Below are positions 13,482 to 26,615 of a stretch of DNA of 64,000 nucleotides, one piece after another (position 1 is the first letter of the stretch; each line of letters opens with the position of its first letter). Under the pieces are notes generated by a model. The model was not told the DNA's origin and ran no database searches. It was given only the letters and a program-made list of their open reading frames with translations. The translations under genes and the position numbers were made by a program. Origin of the DNA: Octopus bimaculoides (lineage: Eukaryota); the NCBI RefSeq assembly GCF_001194135.2, contig NC_068984.1:3454906-3518905 (forward strand), in the 5' to 3' direction.

Positions 13482-15089
13482 TTGTTTTCCCACAATTGAA
13501 TCAAACTTCAAATATATTTCTAACAAGTAACAAATTGTCTTGGAGAGTTATTCAAGCATACGACTCTGTCGCTTCCGTCATTCCTTACTATGCCACATCT
13601 ATCAAGTACCACCCGACTTCACACCGAAACTTTTTAGACGATGTATTGTTTGACTTGGGGTTTTCGTAACCACACAATGGCGTAGCTCTGAAAATATCAC
13701 ATTAATGTTAAAGAGCCATGGTGTACATTTGTGATTCTACACCTCAAAATACACTTACTGAAATACTTTTCTTTGAACACATGTGCACCTTGGTGCTTAT
13801 ATTTATATATACTTGTGATTTTATCTAACACAAGGACAAAGTTTAAACTTAAAAGACAGTGGTTGGAAAACCCATCAGGTTTTACGTTCGTTTCGCTCGA
13901 TTTCTTTAGCCATGTCAGTTCGTATACTCAAATCAACTCCAGATAAGCTCAGTCAAAAATATAAAGTAACAAAAAATACAAATTAAAGTCGTATCCCTCA
14001 GTCTAAATTTAAGCAGGAACTACATACTTAAGAATATGCAAAGAATAAAAGAACAAAATTGAAGTAAGCGAAATTCTCTGATAGTCTATGGATATTACGG
14101 AGCTTTCAATATAGGGACACAATTTATTTCTCATCTACCGCAAACAAGCAAAAAATCTGTAAATACTTACGGAAACCATACATTTCTATACTGAATATAT
14201 ATCTTAAAGCTCTAATCTTCTACAAAATCGAGACGATTGTAACATATTCGTGTTATATTTGAAGAGACAATAACGTTAGTCAGAAAATAAATTTGAAACC
14301 CAACTGAGTAATTTAAGAAGATTCATTTATAAATCCTTAAAGATATCAGACACAGAAATAAAACATTTAAAAGAAAGAATCCATCTCGAAAATATCGACA
14401 ACGAATTCAAAACAAATAACAAACGCGCAAACAAAAATAAAATAATTGGAGCTATAAACATTGAGAAGGTATACTCCAGAGATAGATATAACACGGGGAA
14501 GATAAGCAAAATGAAAAATAAAACAAAATCAAACATTGATATATTTGCTGAATATTGGCCAATGAAATCCAAATCACAAACAGAAATATGAATATAATTA
14601 AGATTTGTGAAGAGAAAAATTGAAACAAAATGGAAATGTTTAAAATGGTGGAAATATTTAAAGAACTCAGTTCAAACGTGGAAATAATTAAAGAATTCAA
14701 ATCTATGAGGCATCATTCAATGAACGATCAAAAGATAAAAGAAAAAAACCTTCATGATAAAAACAGCAACAATAAAAACAAACCCGTCAAATTGGCCATC
14801 GAAGACTTAATGAAAATAGATGTGAATATTGAATACCGCAAAGCTAAATAAAGTATTCTGTATAGAAGGGTCACAATAAACATTGTGGACTCCCTTATAA
14901 CTATTCTTATAGTAATATTTAAATCGAAGTAAACAAGCGGAGAAAACAAACCTGAACAAAAAGCGAAGAAGAATATCTCTGAATCGTTAATGTAATTAAC
15001 ATTGAATAGACAGAAATTCTGTCAACGAACAAGACAAATACTACAGAGATCTCTGATAAAAGATGAAGTGAATGTAATACACAAAAATA

Positions 15090-15290
15090 GAAACACCTGA
15101 AATTAAAGAACGTCTAAAATAAACGATCTTCGCAATGAATCAGCCGTTATGGAAAGAGACGACGATTCTTTAAACAGCAGGAACGGTTTCAATTCTAACG
15201 CAAAACGATTTTTCATCAAACCGGGTAAAAAAAAAGAAAACCACGCAACACCAGCAGCCAGAGAATTATATTGCTAATCTGGTTTACAGT
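15090..15290 (+). mobile_element. R4-like pre-RT region, decayed
   Basis: ISRYGKRRRFFKQ..FNSNAKRFF resembles R4-type IRRYEKR.KFYRQN..F..NPKKFY. The A-rich sequence upstream (from about 14300) may belong to the same ORF. Confidence 0.5.
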
Positions 15291-15304
15291 TTTCCCCCAT
15301 TTCA

Positions 15305-15502
15305 CAACCATGTAATAACATTTATCCTGACCAAATCTAACCGCTTTGAGAATGTTGTAAGTAGGTCAAGGCTCTTTTTCATCTCGTGCATATTCTTTGC
15401 ATAGAGTTTCGAGTCATCCACAAAGAAACAGTGTGTAATTTTGGTACTCCTCTTTGGTACTCCTTGTGAACCAGTGAGATATCTTTCAGACGTCCTTAAC
15501 AT
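15305..15502 (-). mobile_element. R4-like RT catalytic fragment
   Basis: KITHCFFVDDSKLYAKNMHEMKKSLDLLTTFSK..FGQDKC. (TATG)n lies on its 5' side at about 15525-15542. Confidence 0.8.
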
Positions 15503-17164
15503 GAATGTGGAAATTATATGTGCTTATGTATGTATGTATGTATACTGTCAAATAAATTTACATACTCTTCCACAAGTAATCTAGCAGATATTATTGCAGG
15601 CATAATGCTGAAAGATTGAACACTTTCGAAGCGAAGGAAAGAATCAGTTCTTATTCCGAGTGTAAAACAAAACAACCTATGTTCACCCCTAATGATGCAA
15701 ATATATCTAGTTAGGATAAAGAGTGAGACTATCTCACATTTTTCTCGTTAGGATACGGAACACGATAATTTCTCATCGTTTAATATAGAGAATAGTATCA
15801 ACAGTGACACAATGAATAAAACCCCTCAAAATTGTAGGCTTAACGAATTGTGTAATTGTAGGAACATTAGCAATTCCCCCAATGTCTAATATATATATAT
15901 ATATATATATATAAGTTTTCGGTAACAATACCTTGAAATGTCTATTATTACATCGGCGCTTCTGCTACAATATTCAAAGCTAGAATTCATAATCACATTA
16001 CTTCTAAATATAACACGAAAGAAAACGTTACGTCATTAAGCAAATTCTTATAGAGCTTCAGTACAAGTAATGTTACCTACTCTCTCATGTCTTTCAAAGG
16101 TAACGCTCCTCTCAATAATGGCAGCGCCTCATGGTACAATTTATGCCTGGAAGAAGTGTCGGAACTATTCAAATGTAACTCTAAAAAATTTTGACTCGCT
16201 GCTTACATTTGTACGGTAAAGCACTCTTATCATTTCCAAACAAAAATCGTAAATGATTAGTTTACCTGGGTATAAATAAATAAGTTCAATACCTTGGTTA
16301 CATTATTGATGATTATACCTTAAATATGAACCACGATTATAAGGAATATTCTCCGAAGTAATCTGGATTTGCATTAACTTGAAATTTAGATCATTTTTAA
16401 TAATTCTCCTTCCTCGATTGATGTTATAAACAATCCTTTCCTAACTATTTCGAAATGCATTTTACTTTGCAATTGCAGGTGTATAATTATCACATCTAAT
16501 ATAATGTAGTATAATCTTTTTCTTTTTTAATAATTCCATTTAACGGTTGTAAACTTGAAATTCTCAGATATTTTCAAAAAGTAGTTTTATTACATTCTTT
16601 CTTCTACGAATGTTGAATCACATTCAAATAACCTTAGACACTTAAACACGTTGTTCTCTTTAGCAGATAAATTAATAGAGACATTATGTAGACTCGTTTC
16701 CCAAGAGTTTTTCTCACAGGCTTAGCTTCTCCAACCTCTGATAACAACATTAGATCCCAAAAGTATAAACTCGCCATAGGGTAATTAACAATGGCAGGAA
16801 ATCTGGTATGTCCATTGTCAACTTCCCACTTCGACTAATTCTGATTGTGTCAATCTTATAAAACTTCGACATATATTTTAGAGGTTCTGAAGAGAATGGG
16901 TCGGGTGATGAACCACTAAATGGATCGATTAAGTATGCAAACCATATTATGTAATAGAAAAAGTCTATTGGATCAATTAAAACATACGTGAGCGAATTGA
17001 GTGAGTTACTTATTAGCGACGAAAGCAGTATTAGTGCCAAAGTGTAATCTCTATATCCAACTTAACAATGATGTCACATTAGAACCCCGAATACTGCATT
17101 ATTAGCTTCGAGCATCAATGTCAGAGAAACTCTCAAAGCTAATAATGCAGTATTCGGTTAGTTG

Positions 17165-17385
17165 CTTATCTAGTCATGCGCACGTAAGTACAAAACTTCT
17201 GAAGACTTTTATTTATTTATTTATTTTTACATTTTCATTGATGGCTTGAATCTGTAATCTTCTAATTAGCTTTCTTCCTTCTAGTTTAGAGAAATCTAAT
17301 TTCTCAAGTTGGGGCTTAAGCAGTTTGTTACATATGTTCACCTCTAGTTGTCCCAATAGTTACAGGTATAAACCTGAATGTGTAT
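17165..17385 (-). mobile_element. R4 family 1, 3' fragment
   Basis: Reverse complement of the 12680-12900 region (ttacaggtataaacctgaa, aatttctcaag). (TATG)n at about 17390-17441. Confidence 0.75.
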
Positions 17386-17400
17386 AAATATGTATGCATG

Positions 17401-17434
<34 letters not shown>

Positions 17435-19621
17435 TGTATGTACAGATACACTGACAAAGAAAACGTGTTTCTATCGGATGTTGGAGATGCTAGTCTGAAT
17501 AAACTCGCGGCTAATTTGAACCAGAAGATCCAAAGACCAAATTGAGGTGAAAATATAGAGGAAAACGGAGAAAGTGATTTGTAAGAGGGTGTTAAAGAAA
17601 TGGGAATCAACCATATGGTAATAGGTTTGTAGGATTGTGTTTATCAGCAAGGGATTGGTGTTGGAGCCTGTAGGAGGCGGGCTGGGTGGAAGAGTCCAAT
17701 TTTTTCTTCTTTAATTGGTGTCAGGAATGTTGTGTTGCTTTTATCGGCAATCAATATGTTGGGGAGTGGGGGGTGGACCAAGTCGTCGAATCAACGCAAG
17801 GATGACAATAGCTTTTCACCTTATAATCAATATCGACCTTTAAATTGAGCTTGCAGAAAGAATTTTATTGGTTGTCAGAGTCAAGAAGCATTGGGTCAAT
17901 GAAGATTCAATTAACAATGCTTAATATTCAAGTTTTTATCTTTACATTACGTGTGGAGTCTTGTCAGAGAGCAGACGTACTCGCAGAAATACACACACAA
18001 GTGTGTGTATATGTGTGTGTGTGTGTGTATGTGTGTGTGTGTGTATAAGTGCATGTGTACATTATATGTATATGTATACCTATGTGTGTATGATGAGACA
18101 TATACATTCGTCACAGTATTTTCCTGTAGAAGATATATAATCCCATTGTACGTGCAGAAATGTGTTTTATGATACAGGTATTAAGACGACTCTCTTTTGT
18201 CTAGGAAGAATTATAAGTGTATCTTTGCGCGCGCGCGCGTGTGTGTGTGTACGTGTGTGTTTGTGTGGAGGGGTGTTAGTATATCTCGTGGTTTTCTTTG
18301 TTACGACATTATTCACTCTGAGTTCAAATCACGCGAAGTCAACTTCACCTTTCATCCTTTTGGGATAAAAAGAAGAAACAAGTCTAGGAGTGGTAGATTG
18401 GCGGGACTGTTTGTGTCGGAGGGGATGCGTTCGGTATCAAGTTTGAATCGGTGCATTAGGATTTCAAACCCCGCCACTGGAAACTGTCAAGAATAGACAG
18501 ACAGACAGACAGACAGACAGGTATGTAGGTAGATAGATTTCAAGGATGAAATAATGAATGGATAAATAATTGCGTGGATGGGTGACTATAAATGATAAAC
18601 TCCTTCTACGTCACACAACCGTAATTACTTGTTCTTGACAATAGCAATTCTAGAGTCATTAAAATCAGCAATATCTTCCACATTTTCTGCCTTACAGGCG
18701 ATATAAACTATGACCATTCCTTCATCTTTAACGAGAAGCTACACTGGAGTTCTTCGTTAGGTTTGAGGTGACAAATGCTTTTCTCGTTAAACATCCTGAT
18801 TAAACTTTCCATAGATTATGTAAAAGCTACTCGGCTCAACAATTTCATTGCAGATTTTCTTATGGGTGTTACCTGCGTAATCTCCAATGTATATATTACA
18901 ATAGCCTGCACGGTACCAGCAGGGATACTCTTAGAAAGAGCAGCCAAACCTCTCTCAAATTTTCATACTATCTTAAATAGAAGAAATTGGATTATGGAAT
19001 CCTTGATATTCAAAAAGATGAGATGGACGATCCTAGAACTGAACTGAAGATAAAGAACAAAAACTACTACTACTGCTACTACTACTACTACTACTACTAC
19101 ATGGCATTTATCACTCAATATATTATAGAAGACCTTTTGTAGTAAAATAAGGCAGATGTGACGACTACTTAACCAAGGAAACGTTAGTATAGTCTGTACA
19201 AAAGATAGAGACAGACAGGCATACATACAGACAGACAGACATGCAGATTGACAGAGAGGGAACGAAATCGAGCTGACTCATGTCTAAAGTCAAGGCTCAA
19301 GACGCAGAGAGGATAACATGCTGTTGTCTCATGTCTAAAGTCAATCAGCCAGACCCGAGAAAGTAGAAGTATGTTACCTCAACATTGCATTATTAATTAT
19401 GAAACTAAATCTAATTTGCCTCTCGGTTATGATGTTGAGTTTTTAATTACAGTGTTTTTTGACAGTGTTTTAAGGCTGCGTATAATCTCTTTGTGTTGGA
19501 ATAATTCAGCTTAGACATCCTCGTAACATATCTGAGTAGATCGTTATTTATTATCGTCTGTACCAAACCATGAAGAGGGCGTTAATACAAGGTTTCTTTC
19601 AGCATGAATAGACTGCACCCA

Positions 19622-19978
19622 AATATAAATCTTTACGTGAAGGCGCATGGCTCAGTGGTTAGAGCGTCGAACTTACGACCGTGAGGTTGTGAGTTCGAAC
19701 CCCGGACCGGGCTGTGTGTTGTGTTCTTGAGCAAGACACTTTATTTCACATTGCTCCAGTTCACTCAGCTGTAGAAATGAGATGCGACATCACAGGTGCC
19801 AAGCTATATCGGCCCCTTTGCCTTTCCCTGTGTAACATCGGTGGTGTGGAGAAGGGAGGCTGGTATGCATGGGCGACTGCTGGTCTCCCATAAACAACCT
19901 TGCCTGGATTTGTACCTCGGAGGGTTACTTTCTAGGTGCAATCCCATGCTCGTTCGTGACCGAAGGTGGGGGGGTCTC
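19622..19978 (+). mobile_element. tRNA-derived SINE family B with a CORE-like central domain
   Basis: A box tggctcagtgg, B box gagttcgaaccc, then gtgttcttgagcaagacacttt...ccagttcactcagctg, then a unique tail. Confidence 0.8.
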
Positions 19979-20583
19979 CGACTGTTGGCAGTAAATGGGT
20001 GAGATTTTGCAAGATCAGGTCGAGAAGTGCACACAACTAGGTAGCAATCAGTGATGACAAAACATTTCCTTCCCTTTGCGCCAATTCACTCAGCATTTCA
20101 CCGTTATTTGAATAATTACATAAATACTAAAAGGAAAACACTTATCTTCAAAAGAGCGATTTTAAAAGACGCTAAAGGCTCCGTTTAGATTCCTCTTTTA
20201 CGGTCTATTTTGAAAACTTTCTGGGAATGACAAACATAGTTACTGCTGCAAGGAATGTTATTGTTGTTGATGCTGCTGGTGCTGTTGCTGATGATGGTGA
20301 CGTTGTTGAGATGTAACTGGTCCTTTTCTGAAGTGTCTATTGTACTTTGTGTGAGAAAAGCAAACAACAGTATCCCTCCTAAATTAGTTGACCTTTACTG
20401 TAACCCACATCAACTCCCACCACCTCCGACAAGATAATGTCAGCTGAACGCAATACAAGAAACACAATGAGAGCCATACAGCTTCGACATTTGTTGCTGG
20501 TGGTACAACTGTTGTTGATGTCGATGATGCTGACGCTGTTATTCTTGTAGTTGATGATAATAATAATAATAATAATAATAATG

Positions 20584-20627
<44 letters not shown>

Positions 20628-20811
20628 CATCATCATCATCTTCTATTGTTTAACCTCAAATCGGTTTAGAAAAAAAAACACTCGAAAGTGTTCCAGTTAT
20701 GACCATCTCTTCTGTTTTTCTCACGGTGCATTATCAATTACATAATCTAGCGAGTCCTTCGGATTCTAAGATATTTGTGATAGACTGGTATTTCTAGCAC
20801 ATCAAGCGACT

Positions 20812-20990
20812 AGGTGATTGTTTGTTTAACCCTAGGTCAGCCTTGATCAAGTAGGCTTGTGATCAGAGGCGAACTTATCTTTTTGTACATCTGGAAAACT
20901 ACATCGTTCAGTGTCCTTCCCGTCAGAAGATGTTAGGGTGAGAATTGACGGAATCTGGTTGCAATTTCTAGCAGGTCGGGTAGCCGCTGG
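20812..20990 (+). mobile_element. Unclassified dispersed repeat (family E)
   Basis: Weak similarity to about 49960-50140 (gttta.cc..ggtc..., actacat, aga.g..agggtg). Confidence 0.4.
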
Positions 20991-21341
20991 TGTTGTTTCT
21001 GAATGTAGCAATGGTGGTGACGTTAGTGGTAGGGTTAAGGATCTGTCTGCGACCTCTTCTCCGGCCGGCCCATAGCAATGTAGGAGATGACTAAATACTT
21101 AGAAGCGACTCACAGTTGTAACATCTCAAATAAGCATTCGCTAAATATCTAGCTTTCTCAAAATGTATTCAGGGAAAATGCTGTATCCGTAAACATAAGG
21201 AATGAAAGGGATTTAGGGAGAAGAAATAATGGAGTTACGTATTTGAAATAATGTAACTATTCCAGTTGTTAGTTTATATATCATATATACTTGTTCACGG
21301 TTCTGTTACGATAAGATCAATAAAAAAGTACTCATATATAT

Positions 21342-21504
21342 AGGCGCAGGAGTGGCTGTTTGGTAAGAAGCTTGCTTCCCAACCACGTGGTTCCGGGTGC
21401 AGTCCCACCGCGTGGCACCTTGGGCAGGTGTCTTCTACTATAGCCTCGGGCTGACCAAAGCCTTGTGGGTGGATTTGGTAGACGGAAACTGAAAGAAGCG
21501 CGTC

Positions 21505-21597
<93 letters not shown>

Positions 21598-21809
21598 AGT
21601 GCGCCTGTGTTTGTTTCCCCCGTCACTACTTGACAACCGGTGTTGGTGTGTCTACGTCCTCGTAATCTAGCGGTTCGGCAGAAGTGACCGATAGAATAAG
21701 TACCTGACTTAACTAAGTACTGGGGTTGGCTCATTCGACTAACAATTTTTGAAGGTAATGCCCCAACATGGCCGCAGTCTAATGACTGAAAGAAGTAAAA
21801 GATAAAAGA
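21342..21809 (+). mobile_element. Full-length tRNA-derived SINE family C with an internal (TA)n(GT)n block
   Basis: tRNA-like head (tggctgtttgg ... gggtgcagtccc), CORE-like ccttgggcaggtgtctt, internal microsatellite, and tail ending gtaaaagataaaaga. Fragments also at 7962-8002(-), 36338-36430(+), 42332-42545(-) and 43097-43200(-). Confidence 0.85.
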
Positions 21810-21850
21810 TAATAATATATATATAACAATACATATATTTATTATTTATA

Positions 21851-22033
21851 CAGCATAAAGATAAGAACTACTAATAGTTTCATGCATTGGAGACGCGTGT
21901 CAAGGCAGATCTTTATAGCACGCCTTGTATCTTCAAGCAATTTTCAGGCTCACACAAGTTGTATTATAAAAACCTGCCTAGACTCGCCTCTCCACTGCAT
22001 GAAACTATTAGTAGCTCTTATCTTTATACTCTG
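21851..22033. mobile_element. Tc1/mariner-type MITE (183 bp)
   Basis: Imperfect inverted arms of about 70 bp (cag..taaagataaga.ctactaatagtttcatgca.tggaga.gcg) flanked by TA at 21849-21850 and 22034-22035. Confidence 0.8.
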
Positions 22034-22927
22034 TAAATAATATATATAATATGTATTGTTATATTCATCATTATATATGTAATTTGTTGTATTGTATTGC
22101 ATTTGACTCATAAGTCAATCCCTAAAAAGTTCCTCGTGCCCCAGTCTATGGTACACTGACCAAATATCTTCCACATCTTTTTTAGTCAACATTTATTACG
22201 ATGGCCTCCACTTTGCACGACCTGATTATTCATTCATCGCCCAAAACATTTAGCTTCTGTTATTTGAAAAGAAAATATTACTGTTTGAGTAAAAGTCGAG
22301 CGCACTACTTTCATAAGAGAAGGAATAAAAACTGAAGAAATCAAATTGTACAAAGAAAGAAGCTATAAGGAAGGAACTCGTGCTAGAGAAATGTATCTCG
22401 CTGCTCGAAGATGAACTATTTCTGACTCATCAACTGAAATTTAATTTAAATTTGATTTAAATTTATATTTCGAGAACACTTTAAAAATAACATTAGTCTA
22501 AACAGCGATAGAATCTAAATAAACGGTTGTGTTAATACCCGAACAGGAGACTTCATTTTGAAATAATGTATAATACACATGTACAATAATGGAATCTGCA
22601 GTTGGAGATGGGTTGAAGGAATTAAAGATAATAAGGAAGAGATTAAAAAAAAAAAAGCCTTTGAAATGAATATCAACATGAAGAATAATAAGTGTAAAAG
22701 GAAGACTAAAGCTATCAATGAGAAATAGAAAATGAAACAAGTTAAAATGTAATTGTTATCAATGCCTAAGTTGTTAACAGCGGAAATTTACGACAAGAAA
22801 GTCATTAAGAATCATTATAACTGTCATCTGTAGATGTAGTTAAACTGTAGCAACAGTTGCATTATATATTTATATACTTGTTTAATTTATATATCTATTA
22901 TAATTATTGTTTTTGTTATTATCACAT

Positions 22928-22994
<67 letters not shown>

Positions 22995-24191
22995 CTGCTG
23001 TTGTTGTCGTTGTTCCTTTCTCAATTATATTTCTAGATGCCCCAATCCCGGAGATTGCTGCATTTAGAAAAAAATGACATCAAGAAATCTTGGCTGCTGC
23101 AGTATTTTACTCGGTTGTCACATACTGTAGATCCTTAATACTAAGGGTCCCTTACATTCCAGTTTGCTCACACAAGTCCTCTTACTTCAGATCCCTAATA
23201 CCCTTTACAATATCTTAGTTGTCCCCTACAGTTTTATTTCTAACGTAGTTAACAAATTGTCTTACGTATTGGATTGCAAACTGAGGGCAAGGGATGTACT
23301 TCATACTAACCATATATCATATCTTGGTCGCAAGGGATATTATATTTAACAACACATTGGTCATAAGCGTTACATTTAACAACACATTGGTCATAAGTGT
23401 GTCACATGATTGAAGAAATCTCTTGAAATCCTCAAGAAACAAAAATATAAACTGCGTCTTGAAGAAACGAAAATAAATGTAAGAAAAATGACGAGAAGTC
23501 AAGAAGAGATGCCGAGTAACTGATAAATCAATATGCTCAATACCACAGATTTGCTTGTCATTTGCTTGATCTTAACCAGTTGAGCATGTCCCTTAGTGGC
23601 TGACGCTATGTGCATCTCTGATCACGAGCAGAAGTGGTGGGGGAGCATCATAATCATGTGTTGGTAGGAATTCTTTGGGGTTTGGATAATTCACTTTTGG
23701 AAACATGGGTATTTCGTTCGACATCCTCAAACAACCTTTATTCAAGGACCTCTTGAGCGGGACGAGCTACTCGATCTGAAAAAAATTCTAACTGGGCCCC
23801 ACCTGCAAGGTCATGCGCTGTTTATCTNNNNNNNNNNNNNNNNNNNNNNNNNNNNNNNNNNNNNNNNNNNNNNNNNNNNNNNNNNNNNNNNNNNNNNNNN
23901 NNNNNNNNNNNNNNNNNNNNNNNNNNNNNNNNNNNNNNNNNNNNNNNNNNNNNNNNNNNNNNNNNNNNNNNNNNNNNNNNNNNNNNNNNNNNNNNNNNNN
24001 NNNNNNNNNNNNNNNNNNNNNNNNNNNNNNNNNNNNNNNNNNNNNNNNNNNNNNNNNNNNNNNNNNNNNNNNNNNNNNNNNNNNNNNNNNNNNNNNNNNN
24101 NNNNNNNNNNNNNNNNNNNNNNNNNNNNNNNNNNNNNNNNNNNNNNNNNNNNNNNNNNNNNNNNNNNNNNNNNNNNNNNNNNNNNNNNNNN

Positions 24192-24421
24192 GTAGTACCA
24201 ATAATTGTCGGAGCCCTGGGAACAGTGAGCAAAAATCTCGAGAAGTACGTGGAACAAATAGGGGCTGCAATAAGGGTGGAGTACTTGCAGAAAACAGTAC
24301 TGCTTGGAACCATTCGAATACTCCGGAAGGTGCTCGGAAAATAAGAGGTGTTACCTTAGTTCACTGGTAGTGAACAGCTGACACCGTAATACATCTCCAG
24401 CGTTAGAAGCTGTGCAAAGGC

Positions 24422-24466
<45 letters not shown>
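24192..24466 (+). mobile_element. Dong-like R4 element (family 2), 3' end with (TAA)n tail
   Basis: VVPIIVGALGTVSKNLEKYVEQIGAAIRVEYLQKTVLLGTIRILRKVLGK*, a short UTR, then (AAT)n at about 24422-24466. Confidence 0.8.
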
Positions 24467-24544
24467 TGATAGGTAGGGGTTGTAGTAGGTAAAAGTGAAA
24501 TTATAATAGTGAACAAGTAAGTAATAAGCTATAACAAGTGGCGT

Positions 24545-25955
24545 TGTGCAAAAGTCGAGCTGTCGGCGACTAAACCGGCAACCCCTGCTCACCATCCAGC
24601 TAGCGCCAGAGATGTCTCAGCCTCAGCGCGTACTTGCACATCATCAACCAAGGCATCCCCAGTCCGCCATTTAACGGTTTTTGACAGCAGATGGAGCGCC
24701 TCACACGTGGCGTTTTCTTTTTCCACAAAAAGCGAGAAAGGATCCGTTCCAACTTGGTCAACCACAAATCGGGGCAAGACCAGGTCTGGGTTATGGCCGT
24801 CACCTTTCTCGCCACCTCGCTCCAGTTTTTCTCCACTTGGAGATCTGGTCCAAACCAGATTCCGAGCAATTTAACAGGGCCCTCCGTCCAGCGTCCGACG
24901 ACTCTGTTGGGAGGCATCGACTTGCTACGCCAGGTGCCGAGTTGCAAGCCGACTAATTTCTCCCGGTTAATTTTTGCCCCTGCCACCGCTTCGTATCCTT
25001 TGATGGCGTCTTCTACACAAGGTAGCTGCCCTTCATCAGACACGATAATGGTAACCTCATCCGTAGACCATCCAATCTCGGTGACTTGTCCCCGGGGCAC
25101 TCGGAAAGCACTTCTATAATCTCCTCGGCCGTGATCGGTCCTTCACAGCGCTCAGCGTCATCACGGAAAGACGTGGTCCGCCGGCCAGGAAATGCCGTAA
25201 GGCATCCCCATGGTCATGCTCCCCGCTCCTCCCGAACAACGTGGCAAAGTGCTCGTGAAAGGCCTTGCACATCTCGTCTTTGGATCTCCTGTCCATGTTC
25301 ATCTACCACAGATCTTATCGTGGCCTCCACGCCACGTCGGGTTTCTTCCGAGCGATCCCACCCGGCACCGTTGATACCCTCGCGTCCCAGTGCATGTATT
25401 TTATCCCGGACTCTGCATCCCTCGTGTTTGGCATTGAGGTGTTGGTCCAGGGCCGATCTCGCTGCCAGCACTTGGGGTGCAGAGCCTATTCTCAGCGCCT
25501 CTTCTAATGCTTTAACTAATTCCGTTTCTACTCTAGTCTGTTCTAGACTTAACTGTTTGCTAAATCTAATAGACTCAAGTCGAATGGCTCTTTTAAGGCA
25601 CTCCACCACCGGTTGTTAATCACAGAGCCGGTTAGTGCCCTCATTACTAACACCTTAATCTGGCTACGGTAAGCTTCGCAATCCAATAGGGTCTTGTTCA
25701 ACTTCCAATAGCCAGATCCCTGTCTATGAACCTTATCTATATGTAGTCTACACGTCCCTAATTTGTGATTCGTGTAGGGTACATAGGTAAACTGTGGACA
25801 GCTTAAGCTAGACTTATCTCTAGCATTAACTTTTATCCTGTTTATATAAGACCTGATAGATCCGTCGTAATTAGACCAAGTCTAAAATAACCTTGCAAAA
25901 CTTGTGTCCTTGATGTCACAAGAAAGTTCTCTAGGCGTCGATAGAACTCATCCCA
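24545..25955 (-). mobile_element. L1/Tx1-like LINE ORF2 remnant with the RT core deleted
   Basis: End of APE GSGYWKLNKTLL, linker, CEGPITAEEIIE, then a jump to the late RT GAKINREK, KLLGIWFG, RFLWKKK and GGLGMP. Confidence 0.8.
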
Positions 25956-25959
25956 TTTG

Positions 25960-26615
25960 CCTTTCGTATATATCTGTCTAGTGCTAGCCTGCAGTTTCAC
26001 AGAACATGTCGCACTGTCGCTTTCTCTCCGCATCTAAATTCGCCGGTGAAGGTAAAACGTCGAAGGCAGACTTGATCAGGAAAGATATTCTTGCTTATTC
26101 TCAAGCCCAAAGTTCCTTCCATGAGATTCTGCGACTGACCACGTATTCCTCCCATCTCAGGCACTGTCCCTGTTGACAACATTGTACTAAATATACATTC
26201 CGCCTTTCTTCTTCCTCCTTTCTCACTTCATGTACCACTGACTCTTTCATCTCTTTTACACTGCTCATGCAAAATGGCTTGAAATTGTGCAACCCTAGAC
26301 CAGCTCTTGCTTCTTGTGTCACTCCAACTATATCAGCGTGCCGTAGCTTTCCGATCGCCCTGTTTACTGCTTCTTCCACTTTCCATTTCCTCCCCGTTCG
26401 TACCTTTGAAGGGTTTTCTCGGATGCTCTGATCTTTCGAATACCTTACCATCATTACTGTCCTCGCCATTCCTGCTTTAAATTCTTCGGCGATTGATGTT
26501 ATCGGTATTTGCAGCACGGGTTTTCCATATAGTGCAGTTGTATTCAGTGGTTTTGCAAGACCAGGCCATATTCTGATAAACAGACTGCATCTTTGTTCCA
26601 TTCTTTCTATTCTAC
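25960..26615 (-). mobile_element. HERO-like (RLE-type) non-LTR fragment, post-RT region
   Basis: TALYG...LQIPITSIAEEFKAG, VRTGRKWKVEEAV, RAGLG, QQGQCLRWE, LIKSAFDVLPSPANL and CGEKATVRHVL*NC..ALDRY. These are motifs I associate with HERO elements. Confidence 0.7.

Noticed and set aside
19277-19344. CRISPR-like repeat-spacer-repeat
   Set aside because: Only two short repeats, eukaryotic context and no cas genes.
23341-23400. 30-bp tandem duplication
   Set aside because: Real, but an ordinary two-unit slippage duplication.
23510-23827. Sequence I recall as a common octopus repeat
   Set aside because: Single copy in this window and cut by a gap, so it cannot be supported from the sequence alone.
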